A DNA stretch of 64,000 bases from Escherichia phage Av-05. Within the stretch, counting starts at the first letter, position 1. Each line of letters begins with the position of its first letter. Location of the stretch: the sequence record KM190144; one strand, written 5' to 3'. This document shows positions 9,162-19,167 of the stretch, one piece after another. A program made the position numbers and the translations under genes. The notes beneath the pieces were generated by a model, which saw only the letters and a program-made list of their open reading frames with translations, ran no database searches and was not told the DNA's origin.

Positions 9162-11105
9162 ATGTATCCAATCCCTTGTTTTTATATCATAATTTCCAAT
9201 AACCCTCTAGCCAACTCCATTTCCTTAACCTCCCTCGGTACGTGTCTTAAAGGAGGCAAAGCACAATTAATATGGTCTGTTGTGCCAGAAGGTGCAGACT
9301 TGCATGATATAACATTTACACCAGACAAACCGACAATTGTATCTGTTGATCCTACGGGGCTAGTATCTTTTCTTGAAGATGGTGATTTTATCATCACAAT
9401 GTCTGCAAAGACTGGCAAAGGAGATGAAGAAAAGACCTTAACAGCACAAATCAATGGGCATGTTGACACATTACGCATTGATGTTGATCCTATAGGCAGC
9501 AGAAGCATTAGTGATAGATTCTGGTTTGTCTACAAAGGCGACCCGTCTTTTGACCCAGGCAATCCGAATCCGAATATGATTGGCTTTAACATCTCCCCAG
9601 CAGAAGTTATGGAGGAGGATGACTTTTATGTCACCGCAGTTTCTGAAACACCTGATATATTAAGTCTGGCTCCTAGTGGTATCATTACATGTGTTAGTAA
9701 AGGTGTTGGGCATTGTGGCATGAAAGGAACCTATAAAGATGTGACAGTAACGACGCTTACCGATGTATATGTGGATATAGCACCAGCACTTATAAATCCG
9801 ACTGCTGTAGCCAACAGTTATGGTGACGTTAAGATAGCGTGGGATGTTCAATTTCCCTCCTCGGATGATATTTATACCGTAGAGGTTTATGACCCTAAAA
9901 TGCCAGATGCTGTGTGGAGTAAGAAAACCAAAGACACATTCGTATTCTTTGATGTTACAGAATCAGTGCCTATCTTTGGATTCGCCCCTACATATCTTGA
10001 TGTGGTCATCAAAGGATCAAATCCAGAAACACAACCTATAAGTCCTGATAGGAATATAACTGTTGACGACTCTTTTGTTAAAGAGGTGCTTGTTTTTGCT
10101 GGCGGTGATAACGCAGCAGCGCATTTTAACTCTTTTTCTGGTAGGGATAAAACAACCCAAAGTGCGACCACAGCACGTAATGAGTATGCTCTCAGCAAAG
10201 GGTTTTACCCAGCAGAAGTATTACCAATCAATGCCGCATTCATTACATCTTGTGCAGAAGCACAGGCAAACTCCTCTACAGGGTTAGCCACAAATTACTG
10301 GTATGACGTTAGTTCCTCCACAGCAGGTCCGTGTCTAACACAGTTCCTTGCGAAGGTTAAACCTTATAAGGATAAAATTAAGGCTGTTTTCTGGTCGTTA
10401 GGGGAACAAGATGCCATGGTAGCAGCAGCAAAACAAGAGGGAAAACATAGCGATGATGCTCGTTTTCAGACTGCTATGACCGCCATCTTTGAAAATATCC
10501 GATCTGTTATCACAAATCCTGAAGCCAAGATTGTATTGCAGACACTTGGCAGATGCTTTGATGATGATGTGGAAGTAGGTGGTGTTGAGTGGTATCGTTA
10601 TAGAAATATTCAACAACAGTTAGTGGTAGATTCCAAGGGTGGAGTTATAATTGGCTCTTGGGTTGATGGCGCTGAACACTACGGCAATTATGTTGTTTCA
10701 GGGGCAGGGGGTGGTTTAAGAATACACTACCGACCAACAATTTATAAGAATGCCGCAATATCCTTGGCTAACATGGAGGACTTGTCGAGCACACCTCCTG
10801 CTTGGGTGGATATGAAAGTTCCCATGGGAGGAAAGGCAGTAAGGCAAGCAAACCAAGATATTCTTTTATCATGGGATACCAGAGACTACAGCAAGTTCTC
10901 TCTTTTTAACTTTGATGTCCTGACAGGGGCTGTTATATCCCAACAAACATTGACCACCAATAGTTACACATTTACCTACGCAGATCAAGTAAAACAGTAC
11001 GGGTATGCTGCGGGTACAGTTTTGTTTGGTGTTGCATATGTTCAAACAACCAGTAAAGGTGATATTACATCTCCGTTGGCGAAATTCAATATTAATGTAG
11101 CGTGA
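9162..11105 (+). CDS. tail fibre/tailspike protein
   Basis: ATG at 9162 with TAGGAGGA SD (track start 9138 is a GTG inside the terminator hairpin); large beta-rich protein. Confidence 0.45.
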   Translation: MYPIPCFYIIISNNPLANSISLTSLGTCLKGGKAQLIWSVVPEGADLHDITFTPDKPTIVSVDPTGLVSFLEDGDFIITMSAKTGKGDEEKTLTAQINGHVDTLRIDVDPIGSRSISDRFWFVYKGDPSFDPGNPNPNMIGFNISPAEVMEEDDFYVTAVSETPDILSLAPSGIITCVSKGVGHCGMKGTYKDVTVTTLTDVYVDIAPALINPTAVANSYGDVKIAWDVQFPSSDDIYTVEVYDPKMPDAVWSKKTKDTFVFFDVTESVPIFGFAPTYLDVVIKGSNPETQPISPDRNITVDDSFVKEVLVFAGGDNAAAHFNSFSGRDKTTQSATTARNEYALSKGFYPAEVLPINAAFITSCAEAQANSSTGLATNYWYDVSSSTAGPCLTQFLAKVKPYKDKIKAVFWSLGEQDAMVAAAKQEGKHSDDARFQTAMTAIFENIRSVITNPEAKIVLQTLGRCFDDDVEVGGVEWYRYRNIQQQLVVDSKGGVIIGSWVDGAEHYGNYVVSGAGGGLRIHYRPTIYKNAAISLANMEDLSSTPPAWVDMKVPMGGKAVRQANQDILLSWDTRDYSKFSLFNFDVLTGAVISQQTLTTNSYTFTYADQVKQYGYAAGTVLFGVAYVQTTSKGDITSPLAKFNINVA

Positions 11106-11110
11106 TAGCA

Positions 11111-11141
11111 AAATAAAAGGGAGCTAAAAGCTCCCTTTTAT
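11111..11141. terminator. bidirectional terminator between convergent late (+) and early (-) blocks
   Basis: hairpin AAGGGAGCtaaaAGCTCCCTT flanked by A-run and T-run. Confidence 0.55.
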
Positions 11142-11158
11142 ATTAACAAATGCTACTT

Positions 11159-12331
11159 TTAGAAAGGAATATCTTCATCGTAGTCAAACTCAGGTGCTGG
11201 CGACTCCATATTCGGAATATCGCTGTTAGCACTGTTCAAAGGTTCCTTAGCATCCTGTTTGTTCTCTTGTTGTGTCTTCCCATCACCTTTAGATAAGAAC
11301 TCGTAAAAAGGCTCTGACAGCGTTAGGTAAACATCTTTAGCGGCATTAAGAATGCCATCTTCTGTTAGTTTATCGATTTGATGATACAAAGCACAAGCTA
11401 CTAAGATAGCATTACCCGCACTAGCACCCACCGCATTAGATTCCACATCTTTTCCTGTTCTCTCTGCCACAAAAGCCTTCATAGCTACTGTAGCGTTGTG
11501 AACCATCTTCGCGGCAGAGAGACGATCCTCGATCTTAAAACCAGCTTTAATGAGTTCCTTCACACCGTTGATGCCGTGCCCACAAGCAACACCTAAAGCA
11601 TCATAGCCGCCAGATGACTTCTTAGTCTGCCCAGCAGGACCGTAGGCTTTAAATCCACTTAAGACCGTACCATCACTTAGGTTAACAATCGCAGTGACAC
11701 GACCACCTACTGCAACTTGCGACAATTGCTCATCTGTGAGGACAAGGTTTCCTTGACCATTCTTCTCATCATTAACTGTCACCACATTGCCAACGATTGC
11801 AGCAATCTCACCATAAATTTTAGTGCCTTTAACTTGGGCATTTGCAGGTGATTGGGTCGAAGATTGCTGGCGAGGAGCACTTTGACCAACTTTGCTTTCA
11901 TCAAGAATGCTGAAGGTCTTTCCGTTTAAAGTGCCGTTTGTATACGTTTTATCCACACTCTTAGTAATTTTGAGAGGGAAAGAAACAACCATCCCCGCCA
12001 CAATATCTTTGTATCCAGAATCAAATTTCACCTGAATTTTGTCTGCATGGCTTGGGTGAAGTTTTTTCTCACCCATAGAAATCCACTCACCTTGGCTCTG
12101 TGGGTCAATAACGTTGTTATTATCGTCAACCTCTTGCATCAGGAAACTGATTGAGTGCGTGGCCTCAATAACTTTAGCTGGTTGCCCATTGCGAGCAGGG
12201 ATATGGGTACGCCGGATACCATCTGCGTCAGCGTTTTTCACTGGACGAATATTAACATACTTGATAAAACCTTTCGCAAAATAATCAACTTTTCCGTTGA
12301 TTGGGTTTTTAAATTCATTGATTACGCTCAT
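11159..12331 (-). CDS. DNA-binding protein with SSB-type acidic C-terminal tail
   Basis: C-terminus ...EFDYDEDIPF matches the E. coli SSB tip (DDDIPF); start taken at internal ATG with AAGGAGAG SD. Confidence 0.4.
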   Translation of the reverse strand: MSVINEFKNPINGKVDYFAKGFIKYVNIRPVKNADADGIRRTHIPARNGQPAKVIEATHSISFLMQEVDDNNNVIDPQSQGEWISMGEKKLHPSHADKIQVKFDSGYKDIVAGMVVSFPLKITKSVDKTYTNGTLNGKTFSILDESKVGQSAPRQQSSTQSPANAQVKGTKIYGEIAAIVGNVVTVNDEKNGQGNLVLTDEQLSQVAVGGRVTAIVNLSDGTVLSGFKAYGPAGQTKKSSGGYDALGVACGHGINGVKELIKAGFKIEDRLSAAKMVHNATVAMKAFVAERTGKDVESNAVGASAGNAILVACALYHQIDKLTEDGILNAAKDVYLTLSEPFYEFLSKGDGKTQQENKQDAKEPLNSANSDIPNMESPAPEFDYDEDIPF

Positions 12332-12344
12332 TCTCTCTCCTTTA

Positions 12345-12686
12345 TTACTTAACGCCTTCAGCAGTTTCGTTTCCAACGCTCAACATCTTATCTACCACTA
12401 AATCTTCAACTTGATTTAGCAGGTTCAATGCAAAAGTGGAAGCAGTATTTAATTTCAACAAATTGTTGCGGTGTCCTCGGATCCATGAAATTGCATCCTC
12501 TACCGTTTTATAGTTACCACTTTGGATGAGCTTTAGCATCTCTTCTCGAATTTCTTTCGACCCGATTACTGTTCCCATCTGGTGGCTGGCGCTGGACAAG
12601 TATACAATTGTTCCAAACTGCCCTTCATCAAGATCAAGAAAACGGATATCTTCTTTGCTTTCAGGTGTTTGTTTTTCTTCAGACAT
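12345..12686 (-). CDS. hypothetical protein
   Basis: 113-codon ORF in co-directional array. Confidence 0.35.
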   Translation of the reverse strand: MSEEKQTPESKEDIRFLDLDEGQFGTIVYLSSASHQMGTVIGSKEIREEMLKLIQSGNYKTVEDAISWIRGHRNNLLKLNTASTFALNLLNQVEDLVVDKMLSVGNETAEGVK

Positions 12687-12941
12687 GTCTATTCCTTACA
12701 AGGTTGGTGAGTATTACATCTTACACTATGCGTGTATGTATGTCAAGATGATTTTTTGTCTTTTTCTTGGAGAAAAGACAGGACAAATGCTGTAACCGCT
12801 ATAATCAAAGGTGGCATGACAACAATTGCCCATGGTAGGTATAGAGGGGCAAGAACTAACCACCAAGACCAGTCTATAATCTCACACAACTTCAACGCTA
12901 TGAAGAGAATGCTTAACGCAGATAAAAATCTCATAGAGACC

Positions 12942-13223
12942 TCAAGAGAAAAACTCTTCTATAACTTCCCAAACCCTTTCCGAATCCCCTCCTGAAAGGA
13001 TACTCCAAATAACCATATCTTGATAGCCTTTCTTACACACATCCACTTGTCGAAATGCTTTATGGAAACCCTCTGGACAACTATATTCCACAGGGAGCAT
13101 ATCCACATTATCTTCGAAATATTTAAGTAGCAATTCCTCTTCTAAAGAGGGATTGTTGCGAAGTTTCTCTTTGAGATTCTCAACAAGTTGTGCACCTGTT
13201 AACTTTTTGTTTGTCATGTCCAA
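12942..13223 (-). CDS. hypothetical protein
   Basis: 93-codon ORF. Confidence 0.3.
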   Translation of the reverse strand: MDMTNKKLTGAQLVENLKEKLRNNPSLEEELLLKYFEDNVDMLPVEYSCPEGFHKAFRQVDVCKKGYQDMVIWSILSGGDSERVWEVIEEFFS

Positions 13224-13570
13224 TCTCCATTTTTAATTTCTAGTACATCCACGCTCTCTGTTGGTACAAAACCAACAACAGGCTTCATACATTTCTCTTT
13301 TACATTGTCGAAAACATACATTTCATCCAATGCTTTTTGTGTTGTGCACGATTCCCAGTTTTTTGTGTACTCTTTGTAGCCATCCTCGTAAAGGAGAAAG
13401 TAGTTAATAGTTGTTGCCCCAAGAATAACGAACATAACAAAAGAGACAACAACGTGTTTCCATGTTCCTTTGTACGATAAAATGAAAGCCCAAATAGAAC
13501 ACAACACATAAAACGATAAAGCAGGGAACCAGTTATTATGCACCTGGACCCACTCTAAAAAAGACATCAT
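13214..13570 (-). CDS. membrane protein
   Basis: 118 aa with hydrophobic helices. Confidence 0.3.
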   Translation of the reverse strand: MMSFLEWVQVHNNWFPALSFYVLCSIWAFILSYKGTWKHVVVSFVMFVILGATTINYFLLYEDGYKEYTKNWESCTTQKALDEMYVFDNVKEKCMKPVVGFVPTESVDVLEIKNGDWT

Positions 13571-13574
13571 GTTT

Positions 13575-13868
13575 CTATCCTTTATTCATATATCTCTTCC
13601 AGTCAGAAACAATGTTAGATGCAAGCTGATAAGTTCCGTTGGCATGCCCATCAGCTTTTGCAGCCGCTTTTACATATGGTAGGGCTTGTTCGAGAGCATC
13701 CACAATCAAGGGACACATTGCAATAGCCAAAGCTAGGTTCCCGTTTTCAGCGGTACAGATTGGGGAGTAGCTCTCTATTCCGTTTCCGTATTTCTCAAGA
13801 CTACCTTTAACAATAACTTGGTTTTCACCGAACAAATCCTCGTGATGTTCCCACATTTCTTTGGTCAT
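13575..13868 (-). CDS. hypothetical protein
   Basis: 97-codon ORF. Confidence 0.3.
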   Translation of the reverse strand: MTKEMWEHHEDLFGENQVIVKGSLEKYGNGIESYSPICTAENGNLALAIAMCPLIVDALEQALPYVKAAAKADGHANGTYQLASNIVSDWKRYMNKG

Positions 13869-14090
13869 CTAGTTGTTCCTCAATTTTGCCATTGCATTAT
13901 TAAATATTTTTTCGAGTTTCCTGTATTTAATCTTTTGTTTTATGCTTAACTTTTTTCTCTCTCCGGCAACCATTGCGCCATAATACTTAAATAAAACAAC
14001 ACGTCTATTGCTTACTTTTAATACTTGGGATTCCCTTTTCCTTGGCAGGAGAAGGATTTTAGCTTTGCGATTTTTCAACTTTACCTCCAA
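13869..14090 (-). CDS. small basic protein
   Basis: 73 aa, Lys/Arg-rich. Confidence 0.3.
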   Translation of the reverse strand: MEVKLKNRKAKILLLPRKRESQVLKVSNRRVVLFKYYGAMVAGERKKLSIKQKIKYRKLEKIFNNAMAKLRNN

Positions 14091-14601
14091 TCATCTTATC
14101 CAGTTTTCGCCACATATCCCACACACCACCATTACCTATTGTGTTTTTCGATGGAGTCACACAGGCGATAAATTCCAGATCAGTGCCCTTATTCATAAGA
14201 TATTCAGATACCAACCCTGAAGCGATCAGTTTTATATTTTCAAGGTCTTCTTCAAGCTCCTGAATACGAGCCTGTGCTTTTTCAATTTCTTCCTTATGTC
14301 TTTTGTATTCTTGAAAAGCGTGCCAAGATTGTCCTTTATGAACACTTTCACAAATGGCCTCTACTTGCTCTTTTGAGAGCACAGTGAGTGGTTGAGATGG
14401 GAAAATCATTATTTGTCCACTATCCCAATCGAATCCTGCATGTATAGATTGAACATCAACCGAAGGTGTTGCTCCAACAGTGCCTGGGGAATGAATAACG
14501 ATTGTTACTTTAGTGTCTGGATCCAGATATTGTTTTCCACGTAGAGATGCTATGTGATTAACCAAGTCTGTAAATTTTGAAAATTTCATGTAAAACCTCA
14601 A
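14059..14601 (-). CDS. hypothetical protein
   Basis: 180-codon ORF with C-terminal coiled-coil-like segment. Confidence 0.35.
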   Translation of the reverse strand: MRFYMKFSKFTDLVNHIASLRGKQYLDPDTKVTIVIHSPGTVGATPSVDVQSIHAGFDWDSGQIMIFPSQPLTVLSKEQVEAICESVHKGQSWHAFQEYKRHKEEIEKAQARIQELEEDLENIKLIASGLVSEYLMNKGTDLEFIACVTPSKNTIGNGGVWDMWRKLDKMIGGKVEKSQS

Positions 14602-15008
14602 TATGCAAAATAAACTGTTGCCACGCCGTTATAGTGGTCAAACGATACGGCGTTTACTTCATAGCTGGCCGGGAGCTTCGAGCCGAGAACGTATCTGGGC
14701 CACGTATTCCATGGAGTTTCTATACCCTTACCATTTTTATATACGACACATCCAAGCGAACCTACAACCTCCCCAGAACGTTTGCCACATGTTACGAAAC
14801 CTATATTTTTGTTGCTGTCATTAATAACTATTTGGTCATACCTGACTGATGCATTAGCAGCACGCTGTGCCAGTTGAGTTGCGATATTCGTAGAGTTCGC
14901 AGCAGCCACAGTAGCCATGGTCGCGGCGGTAGATGCCATAATAGCCGTTGAAGCCTGCACCTGTTGGGTAATTGTCAGCAATGCCGCTGCAAAAATGATC
15001 TTCTTCAC
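14598..15008 (-). CDS. secreted protein
   Basis: N-terminal signal peptide MKKIIFAAALLTITQQVQA. Confidence 0.35.
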   Translation of the reverse strand: MKKIIFAAALLTITQQVQASTAIMASTAATMATVAAANSTNIATQLAQRAANASVRYDQIVINDSNKNIGFVTCGKRSGEVVGSLGCVVYKNGKGIETPWNTWPRYVLGSKLPASYEVNAVSFDHYNGVATVYFAY

Positions 15009-15073
15009 TTGTTATCTCCTTGATGAAGCTGGGCAACTAACCTATCACAGATATGCCAAATATTTGTTAATGT

Positions 15074-15328
15074 TCATGCGGCATCGCTATGGTAGATAAA
15101 GTCTTCTTTGAACTGTTTGTATGTTAAGCAGTGCTCTAAATAACCCTCGTTAATTTTAATCAAAGGGAAGTCAGTAATCAAGACATGATTTAAACCAACG
15201 GCAGTAACAAGGTATTTCTGCTCTGGATCCCAAGACAATTTAGACTTGTACAAACAACCTTGTCTAATTTTAAAATCTTCCATATACCCACCCTTCGCAG
15301 TTGTGATCACGACATCCTTCAAAATCAT
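15074..15328 (-). CDS. hypothetical protein
   Basis: 84-codon ORF. Confidence 0.25.
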   Translation of the reverse strand: MILKDVVITTAKGGYMEDFKIRQGCLYKSKLSWDPEQKYLVTAVGLNHVLITDFPLIKINEGYLEHCLTYKQFKEDFIYHSDAA

Positions 15329-16043
15329 AAGGATTGTACTGCCAGGTTATTTTTCCGCAGTGCGGACAATTCCAGCGCACCTTCCCGCTTCGCGACTTCT
15401 TTCTTCTGTTCTGCTTTTTCAACCAGTCAGGCATGACCAAACCTGCGCCCTGAACCATTGTTCTGCGGTTAAAGTTATTGATATTGAACGTCAGGCGCTT
15501 TGCTGAATCAGCAATGGAAAATGGCAACCAAACTATTCCTGGTTCGTTTTTGTTGGCGACGCTAAAGATGGTCGCTTTACTGAAGTCATCTGTTGGCAAT
15601 CCACCGTGTTGAAGCCAGTAAACATCGTTGCCGTTCCAGCTACCTTTTTTGTAGGCCACATACGCAGTGCAATCTGGCTCAATCAGGTTTTCTGTAGGGA
15701 TGTACTGGCAATCAACGTGCCACACAGCCATTGCATCAACGCTATCAGCGCAAACAGGCCGATCGATATCTCGACCACAATTCCAGGCTTTTTGGGCTTC
15801 TTCCAGCGTGTAAACATGGGCGCGATCGATATCAGAACTGTAACCATTACCGTTATGGCAATGGAATGAGGCGTTATTACCTACAGTTTCACGCAAGCAC
15901 ATCATGTAAAAACGATTTTTACACATCTTTAGCAACCACCTGTAGACAAGTGAGTAAACCCATGATAAAAGCACCAATATGCCCAGCAAAAAGCAGCCCT
16001 TTATGAACAGGTAGCCCCGCCATAACCAACGCCACAGGAACAC
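15270..16043 (-). CDS. Cys-rich zinc-ribbon protein (start uncertain)
   Basis: C-terminal CPHCG...CRDHNCEGW; GC-richer codon usage than surrounding genes. Confidence 0.35.
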   Translation of the reverse strand: MFLWRWLWRGYLFIKGCFLLGILVLLSWVYSLVYRWLLKMCKNRFYMMCLRETVGNNASFHCHNGNGYSSDIDRAHVYTLEEAQKAWNCGRDIDRPVCADSVDAMAVWHVDCQYIPTENLIEPDCTAYVAYKKGSWNGNDVYWLQHGGLPTDDFSKATIFSVANKNEPGIVWLPFSIADSAKRLTFNINNFNRRTMVQGAGLVMPDWLKKQNRRKKSRSGKVRWNCPHCGKITWQYNPYDFEGCRDHNCEGWVYGRF

Positions 16044-16257
16044 TTACAAGTGTGAACAGGAATGCCCATAATAATTCTTTCATTATTTTCTCTTATGTTT
16101 TGACTTTCTACGTATCTTAGCTGCTCGTCGTGCCGCTGCAATACCTGTACGGCGTTTCGAGGTTGTGATGCCGTTGCCACCCTTCTCTGGCTCTAGAGTG
16201 CCTGTGGCATCCAAAAACGGATCGGATATGGTAATAAACTACATAATGCCACACGCA

Positions 16258-16716
16258 TTACTCACCTCCTTTGCGAAGCTCTGCGGCGAAATATACGGCT
16301 GCGGAAACAATAGCTGCATGTAGGTTTTCACCATCAGAAAATAAAGGATCCCCCTTAAGTGCATTGACGATACTCTGATGATTTTTTGCCAACATCTCCA
16401 CCCCCTGCGCCCGTACTTCAGCCAAGAAAGCATCTGTTGCCGGAGTTTCAGGAATCAGTCTCCTCATCAGTCCTATTGCATGATTGAACCCGAAATCTTC
16501 AGCAAGAGATACGTCATCCATATTGTCATTGTCGTCCTCAATATCCCGTGGTTCTGGAATTGCAGACTTTATTGCCGCATTCTCCGCAGCCAGCGCCGCA
16601 AGATTAGCTTCCAGTTCTGAGATTTTCTTTTTGTCATGGTATTTCTCTTCTAAAAGAGTTGCACATTTAGCACCAAGGCGTTTGATTTCATCAATGTACA
16701 CCGATTTCTCAGTCAT
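16258..16716 (-). CDS. hypothetical protein
   Basis: 152-codon ORF in GC-richer island. Confidence 0.35.
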   Translation of the reverse strand: MTEKSVYIDEIKRLGAKCATLLEEKYHDKKKISELEANLAALAAENAAIKSAIPEPRDIEDDNDNMDDVSLAEDFGFNHAIGLMRRLIPETPATDAFLAEVRAQGVEMLAKNHQSIVNALKGDPLFSDGENLHAAIVSAAVYFAAELRKGGE

Positions 16717-17056
16717 GGCTAATTACCTCTCCCTTCAACAACTTGACATTAATTTTGAGTTCTGCAATTTGACACATAGCGTCAATATTTGTGTCTTCTA
16801 ACTTCTTAATTTCATCAAGAAGTGCCAGCACAAGCTGGGGCGTGACCATAGCACGGTAGTCAGTTATTTCTTGATGAGTACCACCATCTTTTGCTATCTC
16901 TGCTAACTTACGTAATTCTTGGTAGTCAATTTTCATAACTTGATAAGTCCTGTGTTGTTTTATTGACTGCATTATATGCCTCTTTGAGCACCCAGTCAAC
17001 AGCATCTTTCCATGCTCCGGTTTCGACGGGTGGATTCTCACGCTTAACCTGCTCAT
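16709..17056 (-). CDS. hypothetical protein (start uncertain)
   Basis: ORF overlaps the upstream ORF in another frame. Confidence 0.3.
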   Translation of the reverse strand: MSRLSVRIHPSKPEHGKMLLTGCSKRHIMQSIKQHRTYQVMKIDYQELRKLAEIAKDGGTHQEITDYRAMVTPQLVLALLDEIKKLEDTNIDAMCQIAELKINVKLLKGEVISHD

Positions 17057-17312
17057 AGAAGCGCACTGCTTTAATCAATCCTTCTAAGGTTACAGGTGTG
17101 GTGTATAACGCCTGAATTTCGTAGTTTGGTCTGTCGTTACAATCTTCTTTTGTTGGGACATATTTCCAGTCACCAGTCCACAGATTTCCCTGTTTTACAT
17201 AACGATAGCGCCAAGCAACTGGTTGTTGGGTTGCTGTTTTAAGGCTTGGTGACGAAGGTGGGAGCGAAACATTAGCCATTTCCGAGATGACAGGTTGATA
17301 ACCATTGCTCAT
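16926..17312 (-). CDS. hypothetical protein
   Basis: 128-codon ORF, GC-richer. Confidence 0.3.
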   Translation of the reverse strand: MSNGYQPVISEMANVSLPPSSPSLKTATQQPVAWRYRYVKQGNLWTGDWKYVPTKEDCNDRPNYEIQALYTTPVTLEGLIKAVRFYEQVKRENPPVETGAWKDAVDWVLKEAYNAVNKTTQDLSSYEN

Positions 17313-17487
17313 CTAAATCTCCTCCTGCCTCATATGCCACTTGTAACCAATACATAAATGTTTCAATAGAAACACAACCACAATCCACATCAATCTGGTC
17401 ATGTTGTTGTTCCAACCACTGCTGAAAACGTGATTTTTGAGTGTCATTCTCTGGCTGTTCTTTTATCATTATCACCCCCATCGGCAA
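17272..17487 (-). CDS. hypothetical protein
   Basis: 71-codon ORF. Confidence 0.25.
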   Translation of the reverse strand: MPMGVIMIKEQPENDTQKSRFQQWLEQQHDQIDVDCGCVSIETFMYWLQVAYEAGGDLDEQWLSTCHLGNG

Positions 17488-17551
17488 ACTGAGTACACTG
17501 CAAAGGCTACAGCCATTACAACCCCTACCGTTGTGAATGCTTCAGGCCAAG

Positions 17552-18214
17552 TCATTGATTCATCCCCTTCTTCTTGAGCATGGCGGCACGGCAAGCGTTC
17601 CAGCCATCAACATAATCAAACGTATTACTATCGTCTGGCTCGATTTCATCCGGTACTGCCAATGTCGGCTGGGCGGCAACATTGGCAAAGGCTGCACGCA
17701 ACCCTGTCTTAATTTCCTCTACCTCATCAGCGCCTAGCGATGAATCTGACAGTGCATGATGGAATGCGTATGCCATGTCGTCGTTTACTGTTATCGGTTC
17801 CACTTTCTGTACTGTAAGTGTTGGCGGCACATGATACAACGGGATTACACGACGCGGGTCTGTGCCTTTACCTGGTGGGTACGGCATTATCCAGCCTAAA
17901 CCAATCTGATCAACATCCCGCAACTCCTCTTCGTCCGTCCATCCCACCGGTTCTGCTCTCAACTCCACCTGTGCATTAGGGGAGGTGTAGAGCGGGATTC
18001 CTTTCCTCCCACCAGAAAATTCATTGCGAGCGTTATACTCACGACCATCTGCGTCCTCACACATCCATGCTACAGGCTTTGTCTCCAGCACTGCCAAAGC
18101 AATCCGTGCCAGTTCTTGCGCTTCTTCTGCTGGCAGTACAACGTTGCTACCAAGTCCGTATGTTTCACGCCACTGCTTGATTGTCAGAAGGCGTTCTTTG
18201 GTAAGAATACTCAT
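17552..18214 (-). CDS. hypothetical protein
   Basis: 220-codon ORF, about 50 percent GC. Confidence 0.35.
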   Translation of the reverse strand: MSILTKERLLTIKQWRETYGLGSNVVLPAEEAQELARIALAVLETKPVAWMCEDADGREYNARNEFSGGRKGIPLYTSPNAQVELRAEPVGWTDEEELRDVDQIGLGWIMPYPPGKGTDPRRVIPLYHVPPTLTVQKVEPITVNDDMAYAFHHALSDSSLGADEVEEIKTGLRAAFANVAAQPTLAVPDEIEPDDSNTFDYVDGWNACRAAMLKKKGMNQ

Positions 18215-18216
18215 AT

Positions 18217-18480
18217 CTATTTCACCTTAATCTCAACATTTCTCACATCTAGCTCTACGGGGAGTTCTGCCTTTCCAGTCAGTGCTAATGCAAGATTTTC
18301 TGGAGTAATAATGACAGTTATTGTTTTTCCTCTCTCCAGACGAATAGCCATTCTTATCTTGTCATCATCATCACCTGTGTTAGGTCGAGTAATTGATATT
18401 TGTCCGTTCATATATTTATCCTCTGTTATTAACATGCCAATCCTTAACAAATGGTTATGTGAATGAAAGAAAGCAGCCAA
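18217..18480 (-). CDS. hypothetical protein
   Basis: 87-codon ORF. Confidence 0.3.
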   Translation of the reverse strand: MAAFFHSHNHLLRIGMLITEDKYMNGQISITRPNTGDDDDKIRMAIRLERGKTITVIITPENLALALTGKAELPVELDVRNVEIKVK

Positions 18481-18587
18481 AGAATTGACTCAATAGCTGC
18501 CCAACCAATAACTGCACAAACAACACCAAGAAACAAGAAAAAACCAGGACCTGGCAAATTATTGAACATCCTCACTCCCCTTTGTTA

Positions 18588-18893
18588 TTAGCACGCTGTA
18601 AAAGCAAGTGGTGAAGTGTACACTTCAATTTTTCCGTTATCAATAGGCCATTCTCCATCTTTGATATAGTCGCTTGTACCATCGACTCGCTGCTCTGCGA
18701 TATGGAAAGCACCAATCGGTTTTGCTTCTAATGCATTTAATGCGATCTTGGCAATCTCCAAATCAAGAGATACCATATCAAAAATCTTCTTATACTCATC
18801 CCCAGCCTCACCAACACGCTGTTGGAGGTCTTTCAGATGGTCAACATTAGAGCGCACATGCTTAAGTAGCTTCTCTTTTGTAAATCTTTTCAT
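18588..18893 (-). CDS. hypothetical protein
   Basis: 101-codon ORF. Confidence 0.3.
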   Translation of the reverse strand: MKRFTKEKLLKHVRSNVDHLKDLQQRVGEAGDEYKKIFDMVSLDLEIAKIALNALEAKPIGAFHIAEQRVDGTSDYIKDGEWPIDNGKIEVYTSPLAFTAC

Positions 18894-18901
18894 AAGTCAC
18901 C

Positions 18902-19165
18902 TTATCCTGCTGTACTTGCCACTACCGAGGGAAATGTAATACTCTCTTCAAACAAAGCGCCAAGGTTTTCAACAGCCATGCAAAAATCAAATGCCGTCCC
19001 AGAGTCCAGTGCCTTAAAAATTTCATCTTCACGGCGTAAATCGTACAGATAAATATGCCTATCCCCTATGGTATAAAAACCTATCCTTTTTGGGGATGGG
19101 TAACGATCAATGATGCTTTGAAGGTCTCTTAACCACTTCTTTTCTTCTTTTGTCAGTTTTGGCAT
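18902..19165 (-). CDS. hypothetical protein
   Basis: 87-codon ORF. Confidence 0.3.
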   Translation of the reverse strand: MPKLTKEEKKWLRDLQSIIDRYPSPKRIGFYTIGDRHIYLYDLRREDEIFKALDSGTAFDFCMAVENLGALFEESITFPSVVASTAG

Positions 19166-19167
19166 AG

